From positions 48,610,001 to 48,674,000 of the forward strand of contig NC_086097.1 of NCBI RefSeq assembly GCF_963921235.1: a stretch of 64,000 nt of DNA, read 5' to 3'. Both the position numbers and the translations under genes were made by a program. Numbering within the stretch: position 1 is the stretch's first letter; each line of letters begins with the position of its first letter. Positions 61,849 to 64,000 of the stretch are shown here, one piece after another. The stretch comes from Mobula hypostoma. Lineage: Eukaryota. The notes below the pieces were generated by a model. It was given only the letters and a program-made list of their open reading frames with translations, did not search any database and was not told the origin of the DNA.

Positions 61849-62326
61849 ATCATTATCATCATCATTATGTTCTTTGTCGTACGACATGGGCAATCATGGT
61901 CCTCTATCTCTCTTCAATCTGATCGTTGCCTGAGGGAAGACACCCTTACACACGGTTGTTCTTATTATTTTCTCTATCCATGTCCATGATTGCTCTTGGC
62001 AATTTTTTCTACAGAAGTGGTTAGCCATTGCTGCCTTCTGGACAGTGTCTTTACAAGATGGGTGATCCCAGCCATTATCAATACTCTTCAGATATTGTCT
62101 GCCTGGCATCAGTGCTCACATAACCAGGATTTGTGACATGCACCAGCTGCTCATACGACCATCCATCACCTGCTCCCATGGCTTCAGATGACCCTGACTG
62201 GGGGATTATCAGGAGCTACACCTTGCACAAAAGTAAGGTGTAGCACCTGCTTACCTGCAGGCTAGCAGAGGGAAGGAATGCCTTTCACTTTTTTTGGTAG
62301 GGATGTATCTCCACTCCGCCACCCGG
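61849..62326 (-). mobile_element. RTE-associated SINE-like element
   Basis: (cat)n tail; minus-strand gcaatggctaaccacttctgta resembles the BovB/RTE-type 3' motif. Confidence 0.6.
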
Positions 62327-62999
62327 GACTCTAGGGACAGCCTTTGCCTAATAAGAGCTACAAGTTACAGTAAGTATTACACAGTAGCGCAGACAATGTA
62401 TTTTAAAAAACAGTTCCAGAATCAAAACTCCACATTTGTTTCTCCAGCACGCTACACACTTTCATCCATACTCCAGTGGCTCGCGAACCACAGCCTCCAA
62501 TCTTCAGTTATTGTCTTTGTACCCATTCACAGAACTAGAATTCTGTATCTTTTTAAAACTGCCTCATGCATCCAGTTGCTGCTTTTTGAATCCTGGCCTT
62601 GCTCACACTACTCCATTGTCTTCCCCATTGTCAGCAGCACAACTCTCACCTCTTCAGCTTCTACTAGTTGAATGTCACTTAGCCTTTTCTGCTGGCCAAC
62701 ATCTCATTCCCACTTGCATTTAAAATTATATTGCATGTTGCAATTTCCACCACGTTTGACAATCTTGTGCTATGCTTGTCTGGATTCAAGCCCAAAATCT
62801 GAAAGGCATTTTAGAAAATATTCTCAATGATCCATTCAGGGGCTCCGTGTCTGCCCAGAAACACCATTTATAAATGTCCTCAATTGAGGAGGTATTTAAG
62901 TGTCAAGTACTTTGGTAGGGCTGGAGTCACTTTTCTGGAACTTCAGAAAAGGATGATAGATTTTCTTCTATGAAGGGTATTAATAAATCAGACGGGTTT

Positions 63000-64000
63000 T
63001 TACAATATTCATCTAATGGGGAGCGAGAATTGGAGAAGCAAATTTATAAGGAGATAGCAGATATTTGTAGTAAGCACAAGGTTGTGATTGTGGGAGATTT
63101 TAATTTTCTACACATAGACTGGGAACCCCATACTGTAAAGGGGTTGGGTGGTTTGGAGTTTGTAAAATGCATGCAGGATCGTTTTTTTGCAGCAATACAT
63201 AGAGGTACCAACTAGAGAAGGGGCAGTGTTGGATCTCCTGTTAGGGAATGAGATAGGGCAGGTGATGGAGGTCTATGTTGGGGAGCACTTCGGGTCCAGT
63301 GATCACAATACCATTAGTTTCATATAATTATGGAGAAGGTTAGACCTGGACCCAGGGTTGAGATTTTTGACTGGAGAAAGGCTAACTTTAAGGAGATGTG
63401 AAAGGATTTAAAAGGAGTGGATTGGGACAATTTGTTTTATTGGAAGGATGTAATAGAGAAATAGAGGTCATTTAAAGGTGAAATTTTGAGGGTACAGAAT
63501 CTTTCTGCTCCTGTTAGGTTGAAAGGAAAGGTTGAAAGTTTGAGAGATCCATGGTTTTCAAGGGATATTGGAAACTTGGTTTAGAAAAAGAGAGATATCT
63601 ACAATAAATATAGGCAGCATGGAGTAAATGAGGTGCTTGAGGAATATAAAGAATGTAAAAAGATTCTTAAGAAAGAAATTAGAAAAGCTAAAAGGAGATA
63701 CGAGGTTGCTTTGGCAAGTAAGGTGAAAATAAATTCAAAGGGTTTCTACAGTTATATTAATAGCAAAAGGATAGTGAGGGATAAAATTGGTCCTTTAGAG
63801 AATCAGAGTGGACAGCTATGTGTGGAACCAAAAGAGATGGGGGACATTTTGAACAATGTCTTTTCTTCGGTATTCACTAAGGAGAAGGATATTGAATTGT
63901 GTAAGGTAAGGGAAACAGGTAGAGAAGTTATGGAAACTATGATGATTAAAGAAGAGGAAATATTGGGGCTTTTAAGGAATATAAAAGTGGATATGTCTCT
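63000..64000 (+). mobile_element. CR1 LINE ORF2 (APE endonuclease and linker) running off the window; contains stops
   Basis: VIVGDFNF (ORF 62970), then LDLLL, GSSDHN and KGFYSYINSKR motifs. Confidence 0.88.

Noticed and set aside
62020..62326. Ribozyme in the RTE-associated SINE (CTGAAGA motif, G-rich 5' end)
   Set aside because: No GAAA or helix II for a hammerhead, and no consistent HDV-type P2/P3 pairing could be built.

Overview
Repeat-dense, intron-like or intergenic vertebrate DNA. The repeat set (CR1, Rex1/Babar, Penelope, V-SINE, DeuSINE-like, Tc1) suggests a cartilaginous fish, probably a ray; this is an inference. No host protein-coding gene could be recognised, only a few weak candidate exons. 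Every ORF I could recognise belongs to a decayed or truncated transposable element. These are a chromoviral Gypsy with a nested solo LTR, many CR1 and Rex1/Babar fragments, Penelope-like elements, an RNase H-bearing I/Nimb-type LINE, an L1-clade 3' fragment, an internally deleted Tc1, RTE-related non-autonomous elements and SINEs. Many are nested, with readable target-site duplications (TSDs). The most interesting signals are two classes of self-cleaving RNA motif carried by retroelements. (1) An HDV/CPEB3-like double-pseudoknot fold starts exactly at the 5' end of a ~570-bp non-coding RTE-related element (two copies); it has an unusual extra hairpin in L3 and almost no P4. (2) About ten copies of a minimal type I hammerhead lie in Penelope terminal repeats, including a stand-alone 139-bp TSD-flanked unit and a second family with compensatory stem changes. 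Family names come from recalled motifs rather than database searches. Boundaries without a TSD are approximate.
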